Source: Spirochaetia bacterium
Lineage (GTDB): Bacteria; Spirochaetota; Spirochaetia; CADAEX01
NCBI GenBank assembly: GCA_963662265.2
Contig: CAXXHA010000010.1
Span: 128,001-192,000 of the forward strand
DNA: 64,000 bases
Reading direction: 5' to 3'
Below are positions 1 through 11,429 of the stretch, one piece after another. The notes under the pieces are model-generated. The model was not told where the DNA came from, searched no databases, and was given only the letters and a program-made list of their open reading frames with translations. A program made the translations under genes and the position numbers. How positions within the stretch are numbered: the first letter of the stretch is position 1; each line of letters starts with the position of its first letter.

Positions 1-548
1 ATATCGCCTTCCTTTACAGAAACCAGCCCTTCCAGAAGATGAATTCCCCCTTCCTTGTGATGAAGGACATCCACTCCGAACCTGTTAAGCCTGAACGAGA
101 GATGGCGCCCGAGCATTTCATTCGGCCCCACTCCCATTACATGAATCCTTTTTGCATTGCAGATCAGGTTGATTGTCCCGTAAAAGGAATTATCATCCAC
201 AGTATTTACTGATTTCATCAGGTAATATATTTCCTGCTCTGTAATGCTTTTAAAAGAAAGCTCTTCCCCTTTGAAATCATCAATAAGGTTTCTTACCCTG
301 TTGCCTGGAGAAAAAATCTCCTTGTAGTTGGAAAAAAGATTTTCCCGGAACTCAGGAAATCCCTTAAACCCGAGGTTTTTGGCAAATCTGACTATTGAAG
401 CCTTGCTTACATCAATTTCGTCGGCAATTCTTGAAAGCGGATAATATATTACCTCTGAGACATTGGTAAGTATAAAATCCGCAATCTTTTTCTGCTGCCT
501 TGGAAAAGAATCATATCTGTCCTGTATTTCCTGATAACAATCCTTCAT
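1..548 (-). CDS. MurR/RpiR family transcriptional regulator (runs off the window start)
   Basis: Manual translation from ATG 548: MKDCYQEIQDRYDSFPRQQKKIADFIL...LSRIADEIDVSKASIVRFAKNLGFKGFPEFRE, an RpiR HTH followed by a SIS domain. Confidence 0.85.
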   Translation of the reverse strand, partial: MKDCYQEIQDRYDSFPRQQKKIADFILTNVSEVIYYPLSRIADEIDVSKASIVRFAKNLGFKGFPEFRENLFSNYKEIFSPGNRVRNLIDDFKGEELSFKSITEQEIYYLMKSVNTVDDNSFYGTINLICNAKRIHVMGVGPNEMLGRHLSFRLNRFGVDVLHHKEGGIHLLEGLVSVKEGD

Positions 549-555
549 ATGGCAA

Positions 556-1659
556 TTATCCCCTGAAAGACTCAACTTTTTCACCAGATTCAGAAGAGTA
601 AATATTACCTCTCCTTACATTGACATCAACTTTTTCTTCTACTTTATATTTAAGGTAATTTTCTTCCGGACCCTTTACAATCATGTCCAGCTTTCTGTTT
701 ACAGATTTCAGGTGCACCATAACTTCAGACCCCATCGGCTGTATGGTGTAGATAAAGAAATCACCATTTTCCGAAGACTTGATTTCAATATCTTCAGGTC
801 TCGCATTTACAGTAATCCCCTCTACAGCTGAAGTCTTGAGTTCTCCGGAAAAACCTATGCTGCATTCCGGCTCAATTTCAGGAACAAATGATTTGCCGCC
901 TGAAACTTTCACTTTAATGAGGTTTGTTTCAGGATTACCCATGAAATCGGCTACAAAAAGGTTTTCAGGATCATGGTAAACCTCGTAAGGAGTACCGATC
1001 TGCTGGATAACCCCCTCCTTCATGACAACAATCTTGTCTGAAAGAGCAAGCGCCTCAACCTGGTCATGTGTTACATAGATGGAAGTTGCTTCAAGTTCTG
1101 TATGGAGTCTTTTGAGTTCAGACCTCAGTTTCATCCTCAGCTTTGCATCAAGATTTGAAAGAGGTTCGTCAAAAAGAAGAATCCCCGGTTCATTAACAAT
1201 CATCCTTGCAAGTGCAACCCTCTGCTGCTGACCTCCTGAAAGTTCATGCGGATATCTCTTTTCGAGTGACTGAAGATCCATGGCATCTATTACTCTCACT
1301 ATTTTCTTGTTTTTCTCTTCCTGGGGAATTTTCAGTTTCCTGAGTCCGAAACCAATATTTCCCTCAACAGTCATATGGGGCCAGAGTGCGTAGTTCTGGA
1401 ATACAAGGCCAAGCCCCCTCTCCCCTGCAGGGTAGTTTATTTTTTCATCATAAGAAAACACAGGTTTTCCGTTAAGAAGTATTTCTCCCCCTTCCGGTGT
1501 TTCAAGACCTGAAATACACCTGAGAGTTGTTGTTTTTCCGCATCCTGAAGGACCGAGGAAAGTAACAAATTCCCCTTTCTTAATTTCAAGATCTATTTCT
1601 TTAACAGCAATCATATCGCCGAATTTCTTTAAAAGTCTGTTTAATTTGATAAAGCTCAT
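556..1659 (-). CDS. ABC transporter ATP-binding subunit (PotA/FbpC-like)
   Basis: Walker A GPSGCGKT, signature LSGGQQQR, Walker B LLFDEP, YVTHDQ. Confidence 0.95.
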   Translation of the reverse strand: MSFIKLNRLLKKFGDMIAVKEIDLEIKKGEFVTFLGPSGCGKTTTLRCISGLETPEGGEILLNGKPVFSYDEKINYPAGERGLGLVFQNYALWPHMTVEGNIGFGLRKLKIPQEEKNKKIVRVIDAMDLQSLEKRYPHELSGGQQQRVALARMIVNEPGILLFDEPLSNLDAKLRMKLRSELKRLHTELEATSIYVTHDQVEALALSDKIVVMKEGVIQQIGTPYEVYHDPENLFVADFMGNPETNLIKVKVSGGKSFVPEIEPECSIGFSGELKTSAVEGITVNARPEDIEIKSSENGDFFIYTIQPMGSEVMVHLKSVNRKLDMIVKGPEENYLKYKVEEKVDVNVRRGNIYSSESGEKVESFRG

Positions 1660-1785
1660 CTTTTTCCCCCTTTGCTTATTCGCTTTCGAGCACTTCCTCT
1701 ATGATGAAGTCTCTGCCTCGCCGAGCACTTTTCCTGCGAAAAAGTCTCTGTGCTGAATGAAAAAACATAGTTTTTTTCATTCTTT

Positions 1786-3564
1786 TTAAAGTTCAACCTT
1801 TCCGCCGAGTTTCTGTAAAGTCAGGTGACCGGAAATAATTATCAGTACTATAAGAAGCATTACCCCGTAGGCATGCTGTATAAATTCCTGTGTTGTGTAT
1901 CTGAAAATTATTGAAGTCATCAGCGTTGTTTTTGGTGTTACAAGAAGTATAACAAGGTCAAGGACCCTCATTGTTGTAATAAATGTTAAAAGCATAGCTG
2001 AAAGTACCCCTGTTTTTGAAAGGGGAAAAATTATTTTTCGGAATCTTGTACCCCAGCCTATGTTATGCACAACTGCGACCTCTTCAAGAGACGGATCGAT
2101 CTGGTGCATAGCTGTAATACCTGCAGATGAAGAATACGGCAGATACTTGATTACACAGACCAGTACAAGGAGGGCAAAAGTACCGTAGAGACTGGGAATC
2201 GGCCCCCAGCTTCTTGCGAAAATTGTGAGATAAATACCACCGAAAGCAACCCCTGGAATAAGGTATGGTGTAAATGTGAGGTTTTCAATGAATTTTGCAA
2301 GAAACGATTTACGTCCTTTAACTACTGTATATCCTATAAGAATACCCAGTACACCGCTTATAATTGATGTAATTCCCGCAAGCGAGACAGAATTCTTTAT
2401 TGCAGACAAAATTGTCTTGTTCCTGAAAATACCAGGCTGACCTTCTGCAATATTCGGATCACTCTTTCCAATCCAGTAATGCAGTGTAAAATTATCAGGA
2501 GCAAGAGAGCCTTCATTTTTCAAGAAAGTCTGAAGCCCGAGAATAAAAAGAGGTCCGAAAATAAATATAATAATAAATGCGAAAATAAGTATTGTTAGCG
2601 GAATTCTCCATTTGCCGAGTGCTACAGGTTTTTTCCTGGAGCCCTTACCGCTAATTGTTACATATCTTTTCCTTGTCCCAAGAAGCAGCTGGTTCATAAA
2701 AACAACAAATGATGTTGCAATAATCAGGATAAGTGCAAGAACATATCCCTCACCGTAAAGCTGGTTTTCAAGAGAGGCATAAATTCTTGTAGAAAATGTG
2801 TAATACCTTATAGGAAGACCAAGGAAAGCCTGGGTTGCGAACTCTCCCAGCCCCTTGCTGAATGTAAGAACAAATGCAGCTCCCAATGCAGGAAGAACCA
2901 TGGGAAGAGTTATCCTGAAAAGGATCTCACTTTTAGAAGCCTTTAAAAGTTCTGCACTTTCTTCAAGTCTTGAGTCAACATTTGCAAGCGCGCCGCGCAG
3001 CATTATGAAAAAGTATGGAACATAGTGAACACCCAGAGCTATAACTATAGGGATATAACCGTAAATAATCCAATCAGGAGGATTCACTCCAAAAAGAATA
3101 TTCAACAGCCCCGGAGTACCGCCGTATTTTTCACTGTTGAAAACAGTAATCCAGGCCATTGCAACTGTCCAGGACGGCACAATGTAGGGAATAATCATCA
3201 CTGTGGAAAAGAAACCTTTACACGGGATATCTGTCCTTACAATCAGCCATGCAAAAAAGCAGCCGACAATCAGCGAAAAAGCAGTCATTCCGACAGATAT
3301 TGTCAGACTGTTCCACGCAGGTTCGTAGAAAATCGACTTTGCAAGATCGCCTTTAAGCGCCCTGAGCCAGTTAAACATTGTATATGCGCCCTCTTCAGCA
3401 CCGCGTACCATTCGGGGACCATTTTCATCAAAAACAAACGAAGCATTAACCATATAGAGAACAGGGCTAAGTACCAGGACAAACAGACAAACTGCTATTA
3501 TCCAGCCCCATACATTTTCAGGTTTCAGCCTCTTTATAGTATGCATTATTCTGCTGTTATTCAT
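1786..3564 (-). CDS. ABC transporter permease (FbpB-like, duplicated domain)
   Basis: About 12 TM segments, two EAA-like loops (LEESAELL, LEEVAVVH), in operon with ATPase and SBP. Confidence 0.9.
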   Translation of the reverse strand: MNNSRIMHTIKRLKPENVWGWIIAVCLFVLVLSPVLYMVNASFVFDENGPRMVRGAEEGAYTMFNWLRALKGDLAKSIFYEPAWNSLTISVGMTAFSLIVGCFFAWLIVRTDIPCKGFFSTVMIIPYIVPSWTVAMAWITVFNSEKYGGTPGLLNILFGVNPPDWIIYGYIPIVIALGVHYVPYFFIMLRGALANVDSRLEESAELLKASKSEILFRITLPMVLPALGAAFVLTFSKGLGEFATQAFLGLPIRYYTFSTRIYASLENQLYGEGYVLALILIIATSFVVFMNQLLLGTRKRYVTISGKGSRKKPVALGKWRIPLTILIFAFIIIFIFGPLFILGLQTFLKNEGSLAPDNFTLHYWIGKSDPNIAEGQPGIFRNKTILSAIKNSVSLAGITSIISGVLGILIGYTVVKGRKSFLAKFIENLTFTPYLIPGVAFGGIYLTIFARSWGPIPSLYGTFALLVLVCVIKYLPYSSSAGITAMHQIDPSLEEVAVVHNIGWGTRFRKIIFPLSKTGVLSAMLLTFITTMRVLDLVILLVTPKTTLMTSIIFRYTTQEFIQHAYGVMLLIVLIIISGHLTLQKLGGKVEL

Positions 3565-3588
3565 TTTGGGTAAATCCTCCGAAGCTGT

Positions 3589-4749
3589 TTATCTGGACAG
3601 CCAGAAATCTCTTACTTTGAGACCATCGTAGTATACAAAGTCAGGATCAATTGACCATGCAAGTGATGATACTTCTGAGAGAGATTTGTCAAGCTGTGGT
3701 TTTATATCGCTTCTTGATGCCCACTGTCCGGGAACAAAGAAAGGAGCCATACCTTTTCCGCCCTCTGAATCACCAAGCATATATCTGATAAGAAGTTTTG
3801 CAGCATTTGGATGAGGAGCTTCTGCTGTCATGAGAAGGAAGTTGCTCTTTACAATACCGAATTTCGGCTCAACATCAAAAGCAATACCGAGTTTTGTTCC
3901 TTTTTTGTTGTATCTGATTTTTGATGAAGCAACACAAATACCTAGAGGAGCATTTTCCTGTCCTGCCTGTCCTGCAGCTTTAGCTGTTTTTCCATCTGAA
4001 GTTGTAAGAACAATGTCATTCTTCACAATTCTGTCAAGCCATTCATATCCGGCATTTTCGATACCATCAGAAAGCTCAATTTTTTTACCGTATTTCTTTT
4101 CATAGGCTGCCGCCATTTCATCTGAATGTTTAACAACCATCTGGAGAAAGTTCATGTTTTCAGGTGACTGCATAGGATCTTTCATCTGGAATCTTCCTTT
4201 CCATTCAGGTTCAGTGAAATCCCAGAGGTTTGTAACAGGTGGCTGTGAATAACTGTCTGTGTTATAGAAAATTACCTTTGCTTCGATTGAATGCTGAAGT
4301 ATGTCTTTTCTGTAATTTTCAGGAATCACATCTTCTGTTTTTACTCCGTCAACAAGAGTTGCAGGGACATAGTTTTTTGCAAGTCCTTTTTTAAGAATAT
4401 CTTTTTCAATTGAAGTTCTGTCAGCAAGAAGAAGAACGTCTGCATTGTAAACACCTGCAGCCTGCTCTCTTTTAAGCTTTTCAATCTGCTGAACAGTTGG
4501 AATATCAACTGCTTCAACTTCAATACCCGGATACATTGTCTTAAACTCTTCAACAGCATCAAAAATTCTTGATGTGAGAGCATAAATTACAACCTTACCC
4601 TCTTCCTTTGCAGCTTCATAAATTGCATCCCAGTCTTCTTCAACAACTGCAGATACAGCTTCTTCTTTTACTGGTTCTTCCTTGGTTCCGCCGGCAAAAA
4701 TCATACACGGGAGAACAAGAATCAATAGAATCAGAACCGCTTTTTTCAT
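3589..4749 (-). CDS. ABC transporter substrate-binding protein (FbpA/AfuA-like)
   Basis: Signal peptide MKKAVLILL..FAGG, AAKEEGKVVIY, APHPNAAKLLI; GGAGG RBS before ATG 4749. Confidence 0.85.
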   Translation of the reverse strand: MKKAVLILLILVLPCMIFAGGTKEEPVKEEAVSAVVEEDWDAIYEAAKEEGKVVIYALTSRIFDAVEEFKTMYPGIEVEAVDIPTVQQIEKLKREQAAGVYNADVLLLADRTSIEKDILKKGLAKNYVPATLVDGVKTEDVIPENYRKDILQHSIEAKVIFYNTDSYSQPPVTNLWDFTEPEWKGRFQMKDPMQSPENMNFLQMVVKHSDEMAAAYEKKYGKKIELSDGIENAGYEWLDRIVKNDIVLTTSDGKTAKAAGQAGQENAPLGICVASSKIRYNKKGTKLGIAFDVEPKFGIVKSNFLLMTAEAPHPNAAKLLIRYMLGDSEGGKGMAPFFVPGQWASRSDIKPQLDKSLSEVSSLAWSIDPDFVYYDGLKVRDFWLSR

Positions 4750-5103
4750 AAAATCCTCCATTTTCATTTACACCTGAATTCTGCCTCAGAAAAAAAGACA
4801 CAATATTCCGAAAACAACTTGTTTTTCCGAAGCAGTAACTGTATAAACAAATTTCCGGTAAAGAAATTTCCAGGCATGAAAACCGTGATCAGCTAAAACT
4901 GATATTTATTTCAGTGTTTTATTCAAGGTGTCCGGAATACCATGTTAATACATAGTATCCCGGATATAAATTATTAAAAATTCTGGTTAACAATATCTTA
5001 AGCGTGTTCTTTTTTCCTGTCAACATTTTTTTCATTTTTAGCCATATTTTAAACTTTTGTTTCATTTAGAACATTTAAAACCTATTTTAAGCAGATATAA
5101 AAC

Positions 5104-5140
5104 ATTTGTTTCATAATTTCGGGCAAATTATGAAACAAAT
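5104..5140. promoter_or_regulatory. Perfect 16-bp inverted repeat, candidate operator for the ABC/RpiR operon
   Basis: ATTTGTTTCATAATTT-cgggc-AAATTATGAAACAAAT; a further TTTGTTTCAT half-site near 5056. Confidence 0.45.
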
Positions 5141-5310
5141 AATGACAGGAAAAATTCAGTGTTAAAAAAAATCACAAAACAAGAGTTAAATTAAGCCTGA
5201 AACCGCTTCAGAGGATTATTTATCATGGTTCTGTATAATCAGCAGGAATTTTCCGGAATTTTATAAACAAAGTTAAAAACAGTTATCAAGTCTGATATAT
5301 ACTAAAAATA

Positions 5311-6042
5311 ATGGCAGTTATCAGATTCTACGAGGAGCTGAACGACTTCCTCGAAAATAAACAGAAAAAAACCCCCTATGAAGTACAGACAGCCCCCGGA
5401 CAGACTGTAAAAGATCTTATTGAATCCCAGAATGTTCCGCACACAGAAGTCGACCTGATTATCATAAATGGAGAATCTGTTGATTTCAGTTATCAGGTAA
5501 AGGAATATGACAGAATATCTGTCTACCCTGTGTTTGAATCATTCAATATAAAAGATGTTACACTGCTTAAAGACCGCCCCCTGAGAAGCAGCAGATTTAT
5601 TCTGGATGTGCATCTGGGAAAACTTGCAAGGTATCTGCGTTTTTCAGGGTTCGACACTCTCTACAGCAACAACTATGAGGACTCTGAAATAGCGGAAATT
5701 GCAGAAGAGCAGAAACGCGCTGTTATTACAAGGGACAGGGGACTTCTGAAACGGACAATAATTAAACGGGGATACTGGATAAGAAGCCAGGTTTCATCGG
5801 AACAATACAGGGAAGTTGTAACAAGATTCCAGCTTGAAGGGCTTGAAAACCTTTTCTCAAGATGTCCTGAATGCAACGGACTGCTGGAGAAAGAAGAGAA
5901 AAAAAATATTATCGATAAACTGCCTGAAAAAACAGCAATCTATCATAATGATTTTAAAAAATGCACAGTTTGCGGTAAGATATACTGGAAAGGGGATCAT
6001 TACTACAATTTCCTGGAAATGATCGGGAACCAGGATTCATGA
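5311..6042 (+). CDS. Mut7-C RNase domain protein with N-terminal ubiquitin-like domain
   Basis: RFYEELNDFL..TVKDLIES..VPHTEVD; FILDVHLGKLARYLR; C-terminal CxxC...CxxCGKIYWKG. Confidence 0.9.
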   Translation: MAVIRFYEELNDFLENKQKKTPYEVQTAPGQTVKDLIESQNVPHTEVDLIIINGESVDFSYQVKEYDRISVYPVFESFNIKDVTLLKDRPLRSSRFILDVHLGKLARYLRFSGFDTLYSNNYEDSEIAEIAEEQKRAVITRDRGLLKRTIIKRGYWIRSQVSSEQYREVVTRFQLEGLENLFSRCPECNGLLEKEEKKNIIDKLPEKTAIYHNDFKKCTVCGKIYWKGDHYYNFLEMIGNQDS

Positions 6043-6211
6043 TTTTCTTATATAACTGTTTAAACAGTCTATTTAAATTTATTTATTTAACAGGATTATG
6101 CCTGTAATATAGATTAATACAATATAATTATTTAACAGCAACAATTTTGCTGAAAGACAGCTGATACAGGAGATATCTATCAGAAAAGTATTTTTTATCA
6201 GAATCAGTCTT

Positions 6212-9200
6212 ATGGTTTTTATCTGCACATTATTCCCCAGTTACCTGTATCCGGAAAATTTCCGTTTTACCCATCTGACAATGGAACAGGGGCTTTCCAG
6301 CAATCTCGCGTTTTGCCTCCAGCAGGATTCAAAAGGATTCATGTGGATAGGGACCCTATCGGGATTGAATAAATATAATGGAAATGAAGTTACAGTATAC
6401 AGACCGGGAACAGGCCAGGGCAGTATTACAAGCTCCCTGATTTTTTCCTTGTTTGAAGATTCAAAAAAAAGGCTCTGGATAGGAACAGACGGGGGAGGAC
6501 TTAACAGATACCTGCCTGAGTCGGATAAATTCACTTCATACACACATGACCCCTACGAGCCTTTCAGCATAAGCAGCAACCAGGTTAATTCTATTATAGA
6601 AGATAAAGAAGGAAACCTCTGGATCGGAACAGACAGCGGCGGCATCAACAAAATGGTTAATGAAGGGGAATTTATTTCTTTCAGGAAATCCGACAATGAA
6701 GAAAGCAGCCTTAAAAGCGATACAATAAGGGTCCTCTATGAGACATCATCAGGAAACATACTTGCAGGGACAGAGAGGGGCGGCTTAAGCATAATAAGCA
6801 GGGGGAGAAGAGGAAGGACAAGGATTGAAACATATACAGCCGGCAGACAGGCTTATTCAATACCTTCAAATACAGTAAGAGCTATAACAGAAGATTCACA
6901 GGGAAACATATGGATAGGGCTTCAGAACGGCGGAATAGTCAAATTCATCCCCCGGACAGGAGCATTCATGCCGCTCAAAATTCCGGGGTTCGCAGATCAG
7001 AAAAGCATTTCAGTAAGAGCCCTTTATGAAGACTGCAGGAAAAACCTGTGGATTGGAACGGAAAAAGAGGGGATTTATATTTTCAACCTTGCTGATAAAA
7101 CATGGAAAACCGTCAGGGCGGAAGACTATGACAGGTTTACACTTTCCAGCAACACAATACGGTCAATTCACGCAGACAGAAACAATCTCATATGGATCGG
7201 AACACGAGACGGGGGGGTAAATCTCTACAATCCCGAAGCATCAAAATTCAAAACCCTGCCTCTCAAGGGGGGGACTCCCGGAATTGAAAAAAAACATCAG
7301 ATGAGAGAAATAATAAGAGACAGGAACGGCCTTATCTGGTATGCATCGGACGGTGGAGGGCTTTCTGTTTTCAACAGAAAAACCGGAAAAATAAAAAAAT
7401 ATACACAGAAAAATACAAACGGGAAACTCGGAAGCGACCAGTGCTATTCCCTGGCAGAGGACAGGGAAGGAATAATATGGATAGGAACTGACGGTGGAGG
7501 GCTTTCCGCATTTGATCCTGCAACTGAAAAATGGCTGGAAAATTTTTCTTCAGAAAAAAAGGGGACAATACTCAGCAATACAGTCTGGGACATATACATC
7601 GACAGCGGAAACAGCATGTGGATAGGGACAGAAGGGGGAGGTCTTACACTATACAAACGGAAAGATAACACCTTCAAGACATTCAAGTATGACCCCAAAG
7701 ACCTCGGCAGCCTGAACGGAAATTCCATAAAAGATGTTATTGAGGATTCAAAGGGAAGAATTTGGGTTGGTACCTGGGACGGGGGGCTTAACCTTTTCAA
7801 CAGGAAAACAGAAAAATTCTCACGCTTCATATTTGATCCTGAATCAGATATTACAGTCAGCGACAACAGCGTCAATGCAATTTTTGAAGATTCCAGGGGG
7901 CAGATCTGGATAGGAACAACAGGGGGAGGACTCAACCTCTTCAATGAAAGGGAAATGACATTTAAATCATTTACTCCCGAAGAGGGTCTTGCGGGAAACA
8001 ATGTACTTGGAATAACTGAGGATAATAACAGGAATATATGGATAACAACAAACAACGGCCTCAACTACCTGGATAATGAAACAGGTTCAATATACACATA
8101 CAGCAGGGAAGACGGACTACTAAGCAACGAATTCACACATAAGGCTATCTGCAGGACTGAAGAAGGATATATTTTTGCAGGAGGAACAGAGGGGATTAAT
8201 TATTTCAATCCGGAAGAAATAAAAACAGGCGGAAACCGTTCAGATATTGTGATGACAGAACTGAGCATACTTAACAGAAAAAATCGGAATTAATACCCTT
8301 TTTAACAGAAGAAAAATACTGGAGAAATCAATAACTGAAACAGAAAAGGTTGTTCTTACACAGAGCGATAAACTTTTCACATTCAGGTATTCCATCCTTG
8401 ACTTCACATCTCCCGCTAAAAACAGGTATTTCACAATGCTGGAAGGATATGACAGCAGCTGGAAGTACCGCGGAGGAAAAAACTACGTAACATTCGACTC
8501 CCTGCCGCACGGAAACTACACTCTCTATGTCAGGGGAAAGGATCATAACGGCTATGAAACAAAAAACAGGCTTAAAGTAAGTATAAAAATACTGCCCTAT
8601 TTCTGGCAGACCATTTATTTCAGAACTGCTTCAGCCCTGGTTTTCATTGGAATTATATTTATCCTGATAAAACAGAGAACACTTGCACTTGAAAGGCACA
8701 ACAGGGAACTGAGAAAATTTTCAACACATATACTTGAAATCAGGGAGGAGGAAAGAAAGAAAGTTGCAAGAGAAGTCCACGATGAACTGGGGCAGCTGCT
8801 GACTGCTCTTAAAATAGATATTTTCAGGACAGAAGACGGGGAAAAAAAGGAAAGCATGCTTTCCCTGGTCAACATGGCTCTTGAATCAGTAAAAAGCCTC
8901 TCAACAAGGCTGAGGCCTAAAGCTCTGGATACTCTCTCATTCTCGGAAGCTGTACAATGGCAGATTGTAGACTTCCAGAGAAGGACCGGCATCAAATGCA
9001 TTGCAGATATAGAAGAAACAGAAACTAATCCTGATCCGGAAACAGCAACAGTAATCTTCAGAATATTCCAGGAAGCCCTTACAAACATCATAAGGCATTC
9101 AGATGCTGACAGGGTGCAGATAAAATTCAGAAAAAATGAAACAAGCCTCCTTCTGAAAATCATAGACAACGGAAAAGGAATTCCCGATGAAAAGCTTGAA

Positions 9201-9383
9201 AGCACTTCGTCATTCGGAATTATAGGAATGAAGGAACGGAGCAACATGCTGGGGGCAAAACTCAGGATTGATTCAAATTACAGAGGAACAGAAGTGGAAC
9301 TGGTTATCCCCTTCAACAGGAAAACAAAAAAGAAAAAAACATCTGTCAATAAAACTTTATATGATACACTGGACATGAAATGA
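6212..9383 (+). pseudogene. Hybrid sensor histidine kinase (beta-propeller repeats + Y_Y_Y + HisKA_3/HATPase), split by one frameshift
   Basis: ORFs 6212-8293 (WIGT-GGGL repeats) and 8436-9383 (AREVHDELGQ, FQEALTN, DNGKG) join in frame if one A is removed from A6 at 8278-8283. Real mutation or sequencing error. Confidence 0.8.
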
Positions 9384-10015
9384 ATATACTTATTGCAGAT
9401 GATCATCCTCTTATAAGAAAGGGACTAATGCAGATACTTTCCGACAGCAAGTACATAAAAAATGTATATGAAGCAGGGAACAGCACGGAAGTCTTTACAC
9501 TTCTTGAAAACGAAAAAATTGATGTGCTGATTCTCGATATTTCAATGCCGGGAAAAGACGGTATAGAAATACTCAAGGATGTAAAAATACAGCATCCTGA
9601 AATTGCGGTTCTGATGCTCAGCATACAGCCGGAAAACCAGTATGCTGTCAGGGCATTTAAATACGGAGCATCAGGATGCCTGAACAAGGCATCAGCCCCC
9701 GAGGAACTGATAGAGGCAATAAGAAAAGTACAGTCAGGCGGCAGATATCTCAATGATGCGGTCAGCGAAATACTGCTCAATAACATCACATCGGAAAGTA
9801 CAGGTCTTCCCCACAGGCAGCTTTCGGAAAGGGAATACCAGGTCATGCTGTTACTTGCAAAAGGGAAAACCATAAGCGAGATTTCAGAGAAGCTTAACTT
9901 AAGCATAAAAACAGTAAGCACCTACAGGACACGGCTCCTTACAAAAATGAACCTGCATACAAACTCGGACCTCACCTATTATGCGATGAAAAACAACCTG
10001 ATAAGCAACCTGTGA
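9380..10015 (+). CDS. NarL/FixJ (UvrY-like) response regulator
   Basis: REC domain (ADDH, LDISMPG) plus LuxR HTH (LSEREYQV, KTVSTYR); overlaps the kinase stop. Confidence 0.95.
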   Translation: MNILIADDHPLIRKGLMQILSDSKYIKNVYEAGNSTEVFTLLENEKIDVLILDISMPGKDGIEILKDVKIQHPEIAVLMLSIQPENQYAVRAFKYGASGCLNKASAPEELIEAIRKVQSGGRYLNDAVSEILLNNITSESTGLPHRQLSEREYQVMLLLAKGKTISEISEKLNLSIKTVSTYRTRLLTKMNLHTNSDLTYYAMKNNLISNL

Positions 10016-10093
10016 CGTCACAGCCTGCCTGCTTTCCGGATTTCATTACTTCACGATTAAACCATATTGTTTTATTTCCAATAACAGTATAAT

Positions 10094-10159
10094 TGTAGGA
10101 TTATTCCTACAGGCGAATTTTAGAACCACCTACATACAGCTGACTATTTTCACCCTACA
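10094..10159. promoter_or_regulatory. Candidate response-regulator binding sites upstream of the cit operon
   Basis: Palindrome TGTAGG-N6-CCTACA at 10094-10111, plus CCTACA half-sites at 10129 and 10154. Confidence 0.5.
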
Positions 10160-10180
10160 CTTTTAATCAGAGTATTAGCC

Positions 10181-11236
10181 ATGAATAATTCTGAAGAAAG
10201 TCTGTTTATAACAAACCCGGAAGGGGAAATTTTATCTCAGATAAATAAGCTGCTTGAAGACAACAGCCTGACACTTGATTCTGATATAGAAGGAGACTCT
10301 TCTGCTGAGAATAGACGGAGAAGCGGCTGCCACAGGTTCAATTTCGGGGAATGTCCTTAAATGCATAGCAGTCAGCGATTCCTTTAAAAACAGGAATCTC
10401 ACAGGCAACCTCCTGACACAGCTTATTTCAAAAGAATACCAGAAAGGCAATACTGATCTTTTCCTTTTCACAAAACCGGATAATAAGAGTATTTTTGTTC
10501 AGTTAGGCTTCTTTCCCGTCTATGAAATTGAAGACAATGTGGTCCTGATGGAAAACAATCCCTCGGGGCTTTCCACCTTCATTGAAAACCTCATACATGA
10601 AACAGAACAGAAAAATCTTTCCGGAAACAAAATAGGTTCAATTGTAGTTAAACTGCAATCCCATAACAAAGGGTCACCTCTATCTGATAGAAAAAGCTGC
10701 AAACGAATCAGATATCCTCCACCTTTTTGTTGTTGAAGAGGATAGATCAGTATTTCCTTTCCCGGTAAGATACGCTCTTGTAAAAGAAGCAACTGAACAT
10801 ATTAAAAACCCTTGTACTTCATTCCGGATCAAACTATATAATTTCAAACTCCACTTTTCCCTCATATTTCATAAAAGACTCACAAAAAATAGTTGATCTT
10901 CATGCAAGACTGGACCTGGGCATATATTCTGAAAAAATAGCCCCGGCGCTCGGAATAAACAAGAGGTTTGCAGGGGATGAGCCGCTCTGTCCTGTAACTT
11001 CAAACTACAACAAATTCATGAGCGAGATACTCCCGGAGAGAGGAATTGAGTTTGAAATTATCAAACGGCTTGAAAAAGAGGGTGAGCCGGTAAGTGCTTC
11101 CCGTGTAAGAAAACTCCTTGTTGATGAAGATTATGAAAACATAAGAAATATTGTTCCGGAGTCAACCTACAGCTTTCTCACATCTGAAGAGGGTAATGAG
11201 ATAAGGGAAATCCTCAGGAGAAAAAACAGTCTGTAA
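10181..11236 (+). pseudogene. citC: [citrate (pro-3S)-lyase] ligase, with three +1 frameshifts
   Basis: Stitched translation gives GNVLKCIAV, IVV-NCNPITKGHLYLIEKAA, STFPSYF, RFAGDEP, PVSASRVR. Extra bases near 10292, 10650 and 10810. Confidence 0.85.
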
Positions 11237-11429
11237 TTGTTAGGGCGGCAGTTGAAAGACTGCTGGAAATAACAGGAAACATTGAAATTATTACCCGGTT
11301 AAAACCAGGTAAAAAATAGAAACAACACTGACCGGATAATAGACGGGAAGTGCTCAAGATAGGGACATAAAGTCATGTTTTGCTAACACAGCTCTATGCC
11401 CCCGATTGAATACGGAAGAAGGGAAAATA

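Noticed and set aside
1687-1755. Two tandem imperfect hairpins (CGAGCACTT...AAGTCTCTG) between permease and ATPase
   Set aside because: Only two copies in the window; may be a REP-like or mRNA-stability element but cannot be supported further.
6300-8200. Recurrent TGGATAGGAAC...GGGGG DNA repeats
   Set aside because: They are the coding consequence of WIGT-GGGL beta-propeller repeats.
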